Shown: one piece after another, positions 47,695 to 59,130 of the stretch
Layout: each line of letters opens with the position of its first letter
Numbering within the stretch: position 1 is the stretch's first letter
Notes under the pieces: generated by a model
What the model saw: the letters and a program-made list of their open reading frames with translations, nothing else
The model's database searches: none
Told to the model about the DNA's origin: nothing
Source of the DNA: Vicugna vicugna
Lineage: Eukaryota
Length of the DNA stretch: 64,000 nucleotides
Direction of reading: 5' to 3'
NCBI GenBank assembly: GCA_013265495.1
Contig: MU058824.1
Location: 2,755,111 to 2,819,110 of the forward strand
Made by a program: the position numbers and the translations under genes

Positions 47695-50600
47695 AAACAG
47701 CTCTTTAAATATAATTGATGTACAATAAACGGTACATATTTAAAGTATATAATTCGATAAGGTTTGACATATATATGTATGTACGTACACACACATGCAC
47801 ACCCACAACCCCATGAAACCATCACCACAATCGGGAGAGTGAGCATATTCATCATTCCCAAAGGTTTCCTTGTGTCCTTCATAATCCATCCCTCCCAACC
47901 CCATCCTCACTGATCTGCTCTGTCCTTATAGATTAGCTTGCATTTTCTAGAATTTTCTAAATGGAATACAACATATATACTTTTTTTGTCTGGCTTCTTT
48001 CACTCAGCATAATTATTTTAAGATTATTTTGAGATAGACACATGTTGTTTGCAGAAATAATTCATTCCTTTTTATGGCAGAATAGTGTTCCACTGTGTGG
48101 AGGTACCATATTTTGTTTACCCATTTACCTGATGATGGATAAATAATGCTGCTATGAACAGTTGTGTACAAGTCTTTTAAATGGGCATACGCTTTCATTT
48201 GTCTTGGGTAAATACCCAGGAGTAGGATGGCTGGATCATATGGTAGGTGTAAATTTAACTTTCTAAGAAATGCCAAGTTCCAAAATAACTGTCCTTTTAT
48301 ATTCAAACCAGCAGGTTATTATATTCAATACCAGTGAGTGGCATCTTGTTGTGGTTTTTAACTTGCATTTCCCTGATAACTACTGATGATGAGCATATTT
48401 TTATGTTCCTAGTTGCCATCCCTATACCTTCTTTGATGAAGCATCTGTTCAACTCTTCTGTCCATTTTTACACTGGATTCCTTATTTTCATATTATTGAG
48501 TTTTGAGAGTTCTTTCTATATTCTGGATATAAGTCCTTTATCAAATATATGAATTGCAAATATTTTTTCTAGTTTGTTGCTTATCTTTTAGAATCTCATA
48601 ACAATATCTTTTGTAGAAAAGTTTTTAACTTGATCAAGTCCAGTTTATCAAATTTGCTTCTGTGGATTGCACTTTTGGTGACATACTTAAGAAATCTTCG
48701 CCCAGTCCAAGGTCATGAAGATTTTGTCTTCTGCTTCCTTGTAAAACAAATTTATAGTTTTAGGTTTTACATTTAGGTCTATGATCCATTGAATTAATTT
48801 TTATATAAAGCGCAAGGTATAAATCCACATTTTTGGTTTTTTTGGCCTTTAAAAAAAATCTGAATATTCAGTTGTCCTAGCCTTTGTTAAAAAGTTATTT
48901 TTCTCCACAGCATTTCCTTTGCACCTTTGTCAAAAATCAGTCATCCATATACATACAGTTATATTTCGGGACTCTCTATTCTGCCTTTTTATTCTCTTTA
49001 TTCTGTTTCATTCATCTATTTATCTTTATGCCAGTATCTTTTTTTTATTCCTATGTGTTTATAGGTCTTGTATTCAGGTAGTGTGAGCCCTCCAGTTTTG
49101 TCCTTTTTCAAAAATTATTTACACTGTTATGGACTACATGCATTTTAGAATGAATGTTAGAATCAACACATCAATTTCAGCCAAAAAGCCCTGTTGGGAA
49201 TTTGATTGTGATAGTATTGCATCTATAGCTCACAATTTGGGGAGAACTGACATCTGAACACTATTGATTTTCCAAGTTCTTTTTTTTTAGGTTTTCTTTA
49301 ATTTCTCTCAGTGGTATTTTTATAGTTTCCAGGTGCAGGTCTTTCACAACTTTCCTCAAATTTATCCTAAGTATTTTATATCTTTTGATACTATTGTAAG
49401 TGGTAAGTTTTAAACTTTCTATTTCCAACTTTGTTGCTCATGTGTAAAATACATTGAAATACTGTAAATTGATCCTGCAACTTTGCAAAACTTATTTACT
49501 ACTTCTAGTAGATTTTTGTAGATTCCAATAGATTTTCTACATAGATGATTACATAGTGTGTAAACAAAGACAATTTTACTTTTTACTTTCCAACCTGGGT
49601 GTCTCATTTCTTTTTCTTGCCTGATTACACCGGTTAAGAATGCCAATACAATGTTGAATAGAAGTGGCAAGAATGGATATTCCTGTCTTATTCCTGATCT
49701 TAGGGAAGACACTCAGTCTTTCATGATTAAGTATGATGTTAGCTATTGAGATTTTATAAATGTCCTTCATCAGAGTGAGCAAGTCCTTCCCCCTACTAGT
49801 TTGCTGACAGCTTTTATCAGAAATGCATGTTGGACTTTGTCAAATGCATTTTCTGTATTTATGAGATTTTTTTTTCTTTTTTTAGTTTGTTAGTATGTGA
49901 ATCACATGGGTTGATTTTTGAATTTTAACCAACCCTGCATTTCCAGGGAAAATTGCTTGGTCATGATGCATTATCCTTGTAGTCTATTGTTGAATTCAGC
50001 CTCTGTCCATAAGGGATTATTGGACTGTAGTTCTCTCTTCTTGTAGTGCTTTTGTCTGCTTGGTATTAGGGTAAAGCTGGCCTCATAGAATGAATTGGGA
50101 AATATTTCCTCCTCCTTTCCCTTACTCCTTCAAACTTTTTGGAAGAATTTGTATTAAATTGGTATTACTCTTTTTATAATTCCTTCTTAAATGTTTTGTG
50201 AAATTCATCAGTGTGGAAAGGTTTTTATAACTTATAAACCCAATTTCTTTAATAGATAAAGGGGTTTTCAGGTTAACTTTTTCTATTTGAGTAAGCTTTG
50301 GTAATTAGTGTCCTGCAAGGAATTTTTCCAGTTCATCTAAGCTGTTGGATATATTGGCATAAAGTTGTTCATAATGTTCCCTTGTTATCCTTTCATTAAT
50401 CTGGAGAATCTATAGTGATATCACCTACTATTCCTGATGTTAGAAATACGTGTCTTTGCTCTTTTTTCCCTGGTCAGCCTAATTAGAGGTTTATCATTCT
50501 TACCAATCTTCTCAAAGAGCCAACTTTTGGTATCATTGATTCAGCTTTTGGTTTTCCTATATTCTGTTTCATTTATTTCCACTTTGATCTTTATTATTTC

Positions 50601-51640
50601 CTTTCCTCAGCTTATTTGGGTTTCATTTCTATTCTTAAGGTAGGAGCTGAGGTCATTGATTTCAGATTTTTCTTTTTTGTAATATAGTCATTTAGTGCTA
50701 GAAATTTCCCCATAAACTGCTAGCAGCATCTCACAAATTCTAATGTCATATTTTCATTTCATTCTGTTCAAAATATCTTCTAATTTCATTTTTCATGCTT
50801 TCTTTGATCCATGGGTTTCTTAGGAGTTAAGTGTGTTATTTAGTTCCCATTTGAGGATTTTATGGAGGAGATTTTTCTGTTATTGTTTTATAATCTAATT
50901 CCAGTGTGATTTGAGAAAATACTTTGTATGAGGTGAATTGTTTTAGATTTATTGTGACTTGTCCTGAACAGGGTCTATCTCGGTAAATGTGCCATATGCA
51001 CTTGGTAAGAATGTAAATTTTGCTGTTATTTATTTGTCAATAAATGTCGATGGGGTTAAGTTGCTTAATAGTGTTATTCAAGTCATCTATATTTTCACTG
51101 CTTTTCTGGTTACCCATTCTACCAGTTTTTGAGAGAGGAGTATTAAAATCCCCAGTGATAATTGTTAATTTTTTAATTTCTCCTTTTAGTTCTATTAGTT
51201 TTCCTTTATGCATTTTCAAGCTTTATTGTTAGGCGCATAACATTTAGGATTATGTTATCTTGATTAATTGACTCCCCCTTATAATCATAAAATGACCATC
51301 TTTGTATCTGGTAATATTCTTTGCTCTGAGATATACTTAAAAATTAATATAGCCTCTCTAGTTTTCTTTTGACTAGTGTTAGCATAGTATATTTTTTCCA
51401 TCCATTCACTTTTAACCTATTTGTGTCTTTATATTTAAAATGCTTTTCTTACAGGCAACATATAGTTGGGGCTTGCTTTTTAATGAAATTTGGTAATCTC
51501 TGCCCTTTATTTTGGGCATTTAGATCCTTTATATTTAATGTGCTTATTGATGCAGTCAGGTTTAAATTTCTCATCTAGATATTTGTCTATTTGTCTTTGT
51601 ACCCTTTTTCTTCTTTTCCTGACTCATTTTTATTAATTAA
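47695..51640 (-). mobile_element. About 4-kb old L1 (L1MC1/2-like) with decayed ORF2
   Basis: 3' end cccatgaaaccatcaccacaatc...; minus-strand ORFs LRSGIRQEYPFLPLLFNIVL (RT), IITGDFNTPLS (endonuclease), LPYDPAILLLGIYPR (C-terminal). Confidence 0.93.
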
Positions 51641-51854
51641 ATATGGAGTTAAGAAGAGACATTTATAGATCATAGCCTTCTCCCTAGGAGGGAGAAGCTG
51701 TCTTTGGGAGAGTCCAGGAATCAGGACTAGACAGATGGATGCTCCAGGGAAACAAATGTAGCTTCAATACAAAAAACAACAGGGAAAGGTGCCAAAGATG
51801 GGCAAGACTTCCACAAGACATAGTGAAAACTCCCCATCACTGGAGGTATGCAAG

Positions 51855-52070
51855 CATTCACTCATTCAAGAATTCTTATCAAGCCTCTATGTGCCAGGCA
51901 CTGGGCTAGGCACTGCAGATTGAGTGATGAATAAAACAGACAGGTGTTCTAGTCCTCATGAGGTGGTAAATATTAAATGATCCCACAAATAAATCTATAA
52001 CTATCAATGGTAATTCATGTAGGACATGAGCTCTGGCAGAAATTGGAGGACTAAATGTCTTCTCTGAGAC
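51855..52070 (-). mobile_element. L2 3' end
   Basis: cattcactcattcaag...ctatgtgccaggcactgggctaggcactgcag...gatgaataaaacagac. Confidence 0.8.
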
Positions 52071-53969
52071 TAAACATCACAGAATAAAGGAGGCCTTATA
52101 TAAGCGACGGCTTCAATTATTATATTATTATTAACATTATTATTATTATTTGTTCTATTGTTCATTCATTTCACAGTTCCTGAGCAGCCACTATGGGCTG
52201 TTCAAGGAATCAGAGCCTCAAGAAATGGGTCTTTGTCCTTGGAGTGGAAGGACCATCCAAGTAACAAACTATGCAATGCAAGAAGAAGTGCTTTGATTAG
52301 AAATGAGGATCCCAAGGAGGCACTGACTACCCAGAAAGCAGCTGGGGGCAAGGGTGGGGGGATTCTAGGGGTAAGGAGAGCTTCCTGGAATAAGTGGAAA
52401 TGAGTTGGATCTTGAAGTACAAGATGGAGGAGACCTGAAGGATGGAAAGCAGGCAAAACTGATGTGTGTTGATTCCCTTCATTCCCCTCTTCAGACCTCC
52501 AGGAAACCTGACAAATGGGAGGTGTCCCTCCTCTCTCTAGCCCCCTTCCCCATCTCCCTGCCTCACTCACGACCCATTTGGTGGGGGAGGGGGGGTTCCG
52601 CTCAGCTGGGCCCCTCAGCCAATTAACACTCTTAGCATCTGAAAAGCTCAATCAGCTCCTCAGAGGTGTTAGAGATCAGAATAATTAAGGTCTCTTTCTA
52701 ATGCAAATCTAAACCAGAAATTGAATGTTTGTCTCCTCGGAAAATTAGGGTCCCGAGTTCTATGAGGAAGTAGTGAAATTCAGCAGGGGGAGGCGATGGC
52801 TTCAAGAACTAGCAGCCAATTTGTTGGGACGCTCTCCAGAAATATTTGATTCAATTGAAATGAAAACTTACTCTACATGGCAGTGTAAGTGATATTCTTT
52901 AAACGCAAATCAGATCCTATCTCTCCTCTGGTCTCCGATGCACTCTCATTAAAATCCAAAGCCCTTACCACAGGGTCAAGGCTCCACATAATCTAGCCCC
53001 TGCCTTCCCCGCAACTTCATCTCAGGCTCCTATATAAAGCGCTTGTCACACTCTGTAATTATTTTATTTACTGGTTGGCCTCCCCCTCATCATTAAGCAC
53101 ATACATCGCTGTTACTGCTTACCCTAGAGCACAATATACAAAGTTGTCCAAGTAAAAAACAGCTCGACTGCAAATCGGCACTTGCAATTTGGAAAGTGCC
53201 CTAGAGCCATTCAGAACAGGGCTCATATTCAAAATGACATTGTTTCCCCCTCAACACCATCATCCCATCTCTGTCCAAGGTGCACCCTGGCTGTTGTTGT
53301 AGGACCAGCCATCACTGACTTCTAGTTGTATCTCAGGGTTCACTTTTCTGGAGAAAAACTAACTATTCTTTCTGAGACGCCCCTCAGCTCCCAAACACTC
53401 CTCACAAATAGCTACATTTTAAGTTGGACACTACTCACGAATAACCTCCAAATGCCAGAAGCTTCCTCCAGCCATGGGAACAAACAGACACGTTTTATTT
53501 AACTGAGTTGTTTACTCTCCTTTTTCCTGTCTCCTCAGTTGGAATGCATGGATGGCAGGGACCCATGTCTATCTCTGTCACCACCAATCAGCAGCACCCA
53601 GAATGGTGCCAGGTATTTGATGGATGTGCCAGAAATATAAAAACTTTAAATGGATTTTCTGAAACTGCTTATGTATAGGCCTAGTGCCAGCACAATGGAC
53701 GCAGGGGTAGATAAACCCAGATTCAGCCTTGGAGGAGCTCATAGACTCATGGCGGGACACAAAGGACCAAGGACTCATTTGTTCACTAAGCACTTGAGCG
53801 TCCCCTGTGGTGGAATTAGACCCTCAGTGAAAAGACACAACACAGGCAAATCCCACCATGTGAGTTTTGGCGGGATGGCAGGGTAAGGAAGCAAGAAATA
53901 ACCATCTTCCCATTGTAGGCAATCTCCCCAACTAGGAGGGATCCTAACATCTCCTTTGGTCATCAGTCA

Positions 53970-54990
53970 TTGTTGGAACCAGAACACTGCTCTAGGCACT
54001 GAGATACACTGATGAATTAAGGCTATCCTAGTCCTAAGTGAATCAATCAAATAGACGGCAAAAATGGCCAAAAGCGGAACTAAAAGGCCATATCATAACA
54101 CTACGTCACATGGTAACAACAGACATATATATGAGTCTAGACCTCTCACAGAGGTGAAGATGATTTACCACAGAGGAGAGTACAGTGAGACTTGGAGAAC
54201 AATGCCTGAGAAGGGTTTTCACAGCTGAACAGGAGTTTTCCTGGCAGACAAAGGGGAGGAGAACAACATTCCAGGCAGAGGGCAAACCAGATGTAAAGGC
54301 ATAGAAATGTGAACCAGCATGATGCATTTGAAGAACTGCAAGCCATCTGGGGTCATTGCTAAAGTGTAAAATGAAAAGGGAGATCTGGAGGCACCAAGAC
54401 AGGAGAAGTAGCTGGGCCCAGATATGGCAAGGTTTTGTCTGGACTTTATACCTCAAGCTACAGGGGACCAGTGCTGGGGTTTAATCACAAGAATGATGAG
54501 TAGGCTTTTGCCACATAATAAACCACCCCAAATCTCAGTGGCTTGAAACAGCAATCTGTGCTCATGACTTACTCATCTGGGGTCAGCTGGAGGTTGGCTG
54601 GTTCTGGCTGGGCTTTGCTGAAGTGGTTCGGTTCCTTATGGGAGTGTCTTATCTTCTTCCTGGGACCACCAGGCCAGCGTGGGCATGTCTTACTCATGGT
54701 AATGGCAGAGGCACAAGAGTGCAAAAGGAGACATGCAAGGTATCTTGAGGCTGGGGCTCAGAACCGGCACATTGATACTTCCACCTCATTCTGTTGACCG
54801 AAGAACATCACGTGGCCTAGTCCAGATTCAAAGGTGTGCACCTGCAAAGTCATATAAGGAGGGCATGAGCATAGGGAGCATTTAGGAATGGGGTCTGTCA
54901 ATGCTCTCTAGCACGAGTGATACAATCAGATCTCTGCGTTAGGTCTCTTGGCCGCAAGGAGGGTAGATTAGAGGGGATAAGGCAGTTTCA
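53970..54990 (-). mobile_element. L2 fragment split by an MLT1 LTR
   Basis: aacattccaggcagagggc...tttgaagaactgcaag...ggactttatacctcaag...ggttttaatcacaagaatga [LTR] agtgatacaatcagatct. Confidence 0.7.
54497..54915 (-). mobile_element. MaLR solo LTR (MLT1G/H-like)
   Basis: aaaccaccccaaatctcagtggcttgaaacagc...cctagtccagattcaaagg...gcaaagtcat; TSD aatga/agtga. Confidence 0.8.
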
Positions 54991-55611
54991 GAGATTAAGG
55001 CATGAGCTAAACGAATGCTCCAGGATCCCACGATTCACTCTTTCCTCTATCCCATGTACTGGGATTTAGCCAGATCAGGCAAAGGGGAGGCTTATCTTTA
55101 GTCTTTTGTTGGATTCTAAGAGCTCAGCCTGAGCACTTTGGTGCTTGCAGCAGTGAATAAGGAGCCTTTGAAATAAACAGATAAAGGCTAATATTCAATA
55201 AACTAGTGAACAAGGGTTTTCTTTAACTCTCTTGGAAAAGACATCTCTGAGACAAAAACTGAGCTAAGCTGCAATATTGGATAAGCCCCACTGATCACAA
55301 GAAAACTTAACATAGGTAATTGACTATTGGCAAATGCAACAGAACCAAATAAAGCAAATAATTAACAATTATTGTGCTTGGAGGTAATGGAACTACAAAT
55401 CCAGGCTGCCTAGGTGTTTGTCCCAGGCATCGATAAGAACAAAGTGTTTGTTAGTGGGTGAGTAATCCAGGTGTGAAATTCATTTTATTAAGCTAGATCT
55501 AAAAATAGGCTTGAATCAGACAGTGGAAAAGAACAGACTTCATCCCCGCTTGCTTACTGGGGCACGCAAGGAATAAACTCAAGGCTCTCATTTTTGTTTA
55601 AAAGGGGGAAT

Positions 55612-56124
55612 TATGGTAGATTGTTTGCAAAAGTGACCCCCACTGTTTCCCTTCCTGTATCTATGCGTCTTCGTGGATGTGACTTTGTAGCTCTTCCCAT
55701 CAAGACATGGGGGTCTGTTTCCCCAAGACCACGACTAACTTTGAACAATAGACTGTGGCAGAGGTGACACTGTGCTAATTTCAAGCCTTAGCCCCAAGAG
55801 GCCTTGCACCTACCACTCACTCTCTTGGGACTCTCGTCCTTGCCATGTGAATAAGCCCAGGGAAGGCTGCTGGAGATGAGTTAATAAGTCAGCCAGTTGT
55901 CCCAGCAGAGGCCCCCAAACACGAGAAGAGCTCAGCCCAAATTGGCAAAGCCAGCCATAGCTGAGCACAAAAGCAGGTGGAATCACAGCTGAGTCCAGAA
56001 AACCTGCTGGCTGAGCCCAGCCTGAAAGGCCAACCTATAGAATCCTGGGATTAGATAGGTGGTTGTTATTTTAAGCCACTAAATTTTGAAGTGATTTGTT
56101 ACACAAAAATAGATAACAGATATA
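55612..56124 (+). mobile_element. MaLR solo LTR (MLT1F/G/H-like)
   Basis: tatggtagattgtttgcaaaagtgacc...gtgactttgtagctcttcccatcaag...ttttaagccactaaattttgaagtgatttgttacac; perfect 5-bp TSD ggaat (55607-55611 / 56125-56129). Confidence 0.88.
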
Positions 56125-56179
56125 GGAATATTCGGCATCAAAACAGCTAGAAATAAACTGGCATTTTGATAAAATAATG

Positions 56180-56395
56180 ATAATCACCACTACAAATTAC
56201 TGGGCACCTGCCATCTACAGGGAAGTTTGTATATATGAAACTTTGCTGGGTATTTTATGTATTCCATGCAGAGTTTTCTCATTATTGAAATGCTGCAAGG
56301 CAGCGTTGTCTTCAACATTTTGCAAATGGGGCAGGTAAGGAAACTGAGGCTGGGAAAACAGTTTATGCAACTTGCCCAAGGTCACACAGCTATTG
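56180..56395 (-). mobile_element. MIR SINE
   Basis: ggaaactgaggctggg...gcaacttgcccaaggtcacacagcta. Confidence 0.75.
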
Positions 56396-57871
56396 TTTTC
56401 TTAACCTGAAGCAATGGGGCTTCTCAGAGGCTAAGAGAGGCCTGGGCCACTTCCAATTTTTGAGGTGCTTTGTATACTAACAAGTGGCAATATGCAGAGA
56501 CAATTATACAAATTGTGACATATTTCAAATCTTTACATTAAGTGATTCACTTTTAATACCAAAGAAAAGGCAATGCAGTATAATTGCTAATCACAAGATA
56601 ATCACAGCATTTATTTTAAAAAGCATATTAATTTATAGCACACCACAAGTGGTGTGGTTTGGTAATGAAATACAAGTGTTACTTGGTTGGCTGAACATCT
56701 TCTGCTTTCATCTGGTCAGGGTACCTCTGTGATGGAACATATAACCCATATAGCCTCCTTTGGAGATAACATCAAAAGATGAAATATGAGGCCTTTCGTG
56801 AGGTGAGGCCCAGCCACAGGGCAACCCCTGCCATCCCCCAGCCCAGCCCAGGCCCAGAAGAGGCCTGTGCACAGGCAAAAGGAATCCATCCTGTACCCTC
56901 AGGCAGCCCTTGGCTGAGGGATGAGCTTCCAGGGAGGACTCCTATAGAAATTAAACTTCCTGCTCTCCTCAGAGAATTAAACCATCTTTATTTTCTATCA
57001 CAAAATGACTATATTCTAAGATGTTTCACTCCACTGTGTTCAGGTTGACCCAGAACCTAGCAAAGTAGGGATTTACCAAGAAGGCAGAAAACACTGACGG
57101 TCTAAACACAGAGAAGGGGCTAAGGACGCAGGAGTCTCCATGGTCCAGAGGTTGGGAAGGCATCTCAGAGATAACTTTGAGGCTGGCTCTTGAAGCATGA
57201 ATAGGAGTCTGCTGAGTGGAAAAGAGTATGTCAGGTGACTGGAACAGTGCTGGCAAAGGCATGGGGTTAAGAAAAAATATGTACATGTAGGAATGGTACA
57301 GAGACCAGTGTAACTGGAATCCAGGGTGGATGGGGGAGAGTGGAGGCAGATGAGGCCAGAGGATAGACAAGGGGAACAGAGTGGAGAGTATTCTACCCAA
57401 GAAAGCAGTCTGGTGTCGATCCCTCACGTGAATGGCCTCTTGCTGCCAAGAAGGACTCTCAGTCCTGGAATGCAGCTGTGCACCCCAAATCAATCCCTAC
57501 AGACCTGAATCCATCCACTCCTTGCAGTAGTCCATCCACTGTTGTCTTTTCCAAAGACTTCAACAGTCCCCACTCTGCCTGTGGCTCTCCTGCAAGCTGC
57601 TGCAGGCCATGAGTTCCTTGGAATCTAAATCCTGCTTTTCTCTGCTAATCTGCCTCATTTACAAACTAACTCTGATGTCTTTCACATAGACTATTCTATT
57701 TAGAACAGAAAATGTAAAAAGGTTTTGAAGCAGCAGCCTCACAGCTTCCTCATAATTTTACAGACTCAGAAGTAGTGAAGGGCCAAGAAGAGGGCAGAAG
57801 AATGACTGAGGTGACCTAGAAGCATTAAGTCTTGGCATCTGGAGCCATCAGGGTTCTCCAGGATCACCTAG

Positions 57872-58030
57872 TCCAGGGATGGGAAATACATGACACATGG
57901 GCCACCCTCCTCCCATCTGGTGCCCAGGGCAGACATTGCTAATCTATTACCACACACTCTTTAGCTGAGCCCAGAAACAACTGAATTCTCCAGTACACAA
58001 CACTATGGGCAGCCTCCACTCATCAGTCAG
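57872..58030. mobile_element. MER117-like hAT-Charlie MITE
   Basis: ccagggatgggaaatacatgacacatgggccacc...gtgcccagggcagacattgctaatc. Confidence 0.65.
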
Positions 58031-58669
58031 AGCCAGTCATAAGTGAAAACCAGCTGTCCATTCCTGATGGATTCCATTACTCCCAATTCACAGAGGAGAC
58101 AATGGAGGGAGGGTAAGGGACTTGTCCAAGAGGGGCTTTCCTGTCCCTTCAGGCAGAGCTTTCCCCTACACCACATAGCCTCCCCATTTCCACGTGGTTG
58201 TAGGGGACAAACACTTTCATACCTCAGCTGTAATTCAGGGAATGACTCCAACATGTGGGATGGAGTTTTACAAGCAATGCCATTTTTTGTTTGTTTGTTT
58301 TCAGTTCATGCTGTTTGGCCATGCTTTAAAATGTAGATTTTTATTATCATAATTAAAGAACACATAAACAGGTAGTAGATTCTGCTCACACACTTAATAA
58401 AACCCTAAGGAATTAATTCATTCACCCATGGGCCAGGCAGGGTGTGGGCACTGAGTTTATGAGAACACAAAGGACATCCCAGGTGCCCAGGGGGCTAAAA
58501 TGCCCCCAAATGACATTCTGCTTAGCCGGGGGGAAGATGAGAGCACGTCTCAGAAGCAGGCTCAGTTCAACTCCCCCATCCCACCGCTGATGGGACCCAG
58601 AGATTCCACATATACCACCCCTCACCCGTCCTCTGTGCAATCCTCCTTCGAGCCCTCCAGCAGGCCCCT

Positions 58670-58800
58670 ATTCACACACCTCCAGTGATGGGGAGATCAC
58701 TACCTCCCAAGGTTGCCAACTGGATCTTCAGATGGCTCTGCCTGCTACAAATTCTTCCTTTGCTAAAAGAAAATCAGCCTCCCCATGACCTCCATGCACT
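58670..58800 (-). mobile_element. CR1/L3 fragment
   Basis: acacctccagtgatggggagatcactacctcccaagg...gatggctctg...aattcttcct. Confidence 0.7.
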
Positions 58801-59093
58801 GGTCCTGCATTTGTCCCATGGGGAACTAAATTTCTGGGGACCTAAAAGAGAACACTGAGAGGGAGGGTTGTCCAATGAAAGAGATTAAAAAAGGGGAGAG
58901 GGAAGGCACTAAAATCATCCTTCTCAATTTATGGTGCATAAGACCATTTCATATCCTTGCTTGTAATTCTTACTCATTTCAGTAGAATATCATTGTGTGC
59001 ATTCTGCCCTGGTATACGCTGGGATTCTTGTAAACCCAGCTCCTTCAGAAGGCCCAAAATGCATTTTCTATGGGATACTGTGCGAGAGAGCTG

Positions 59094-59130
59094 GTTGCTA
59101 TGGTAACAATTGAATGTAAATTTCCCAGAA
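59094..59130. promoter_or_regulatory. RFX X-box with overlapping SOX site and adjacent STAT (GAS) motif
   Basis: GTTGCTATGGTAAC (59094-59107), AACAAT (59105-59110), TTCCCAGAA (59122-59130) in non-repetitive sequence. Confidence 0.45.

Noticed and set aside
48013..51219. ORFs with reverse transcriptase and endonuclease motifs
   Set aside because: Short broken pieces of a decayed L1MC ORF2, not a functional gene or a novel RT system.
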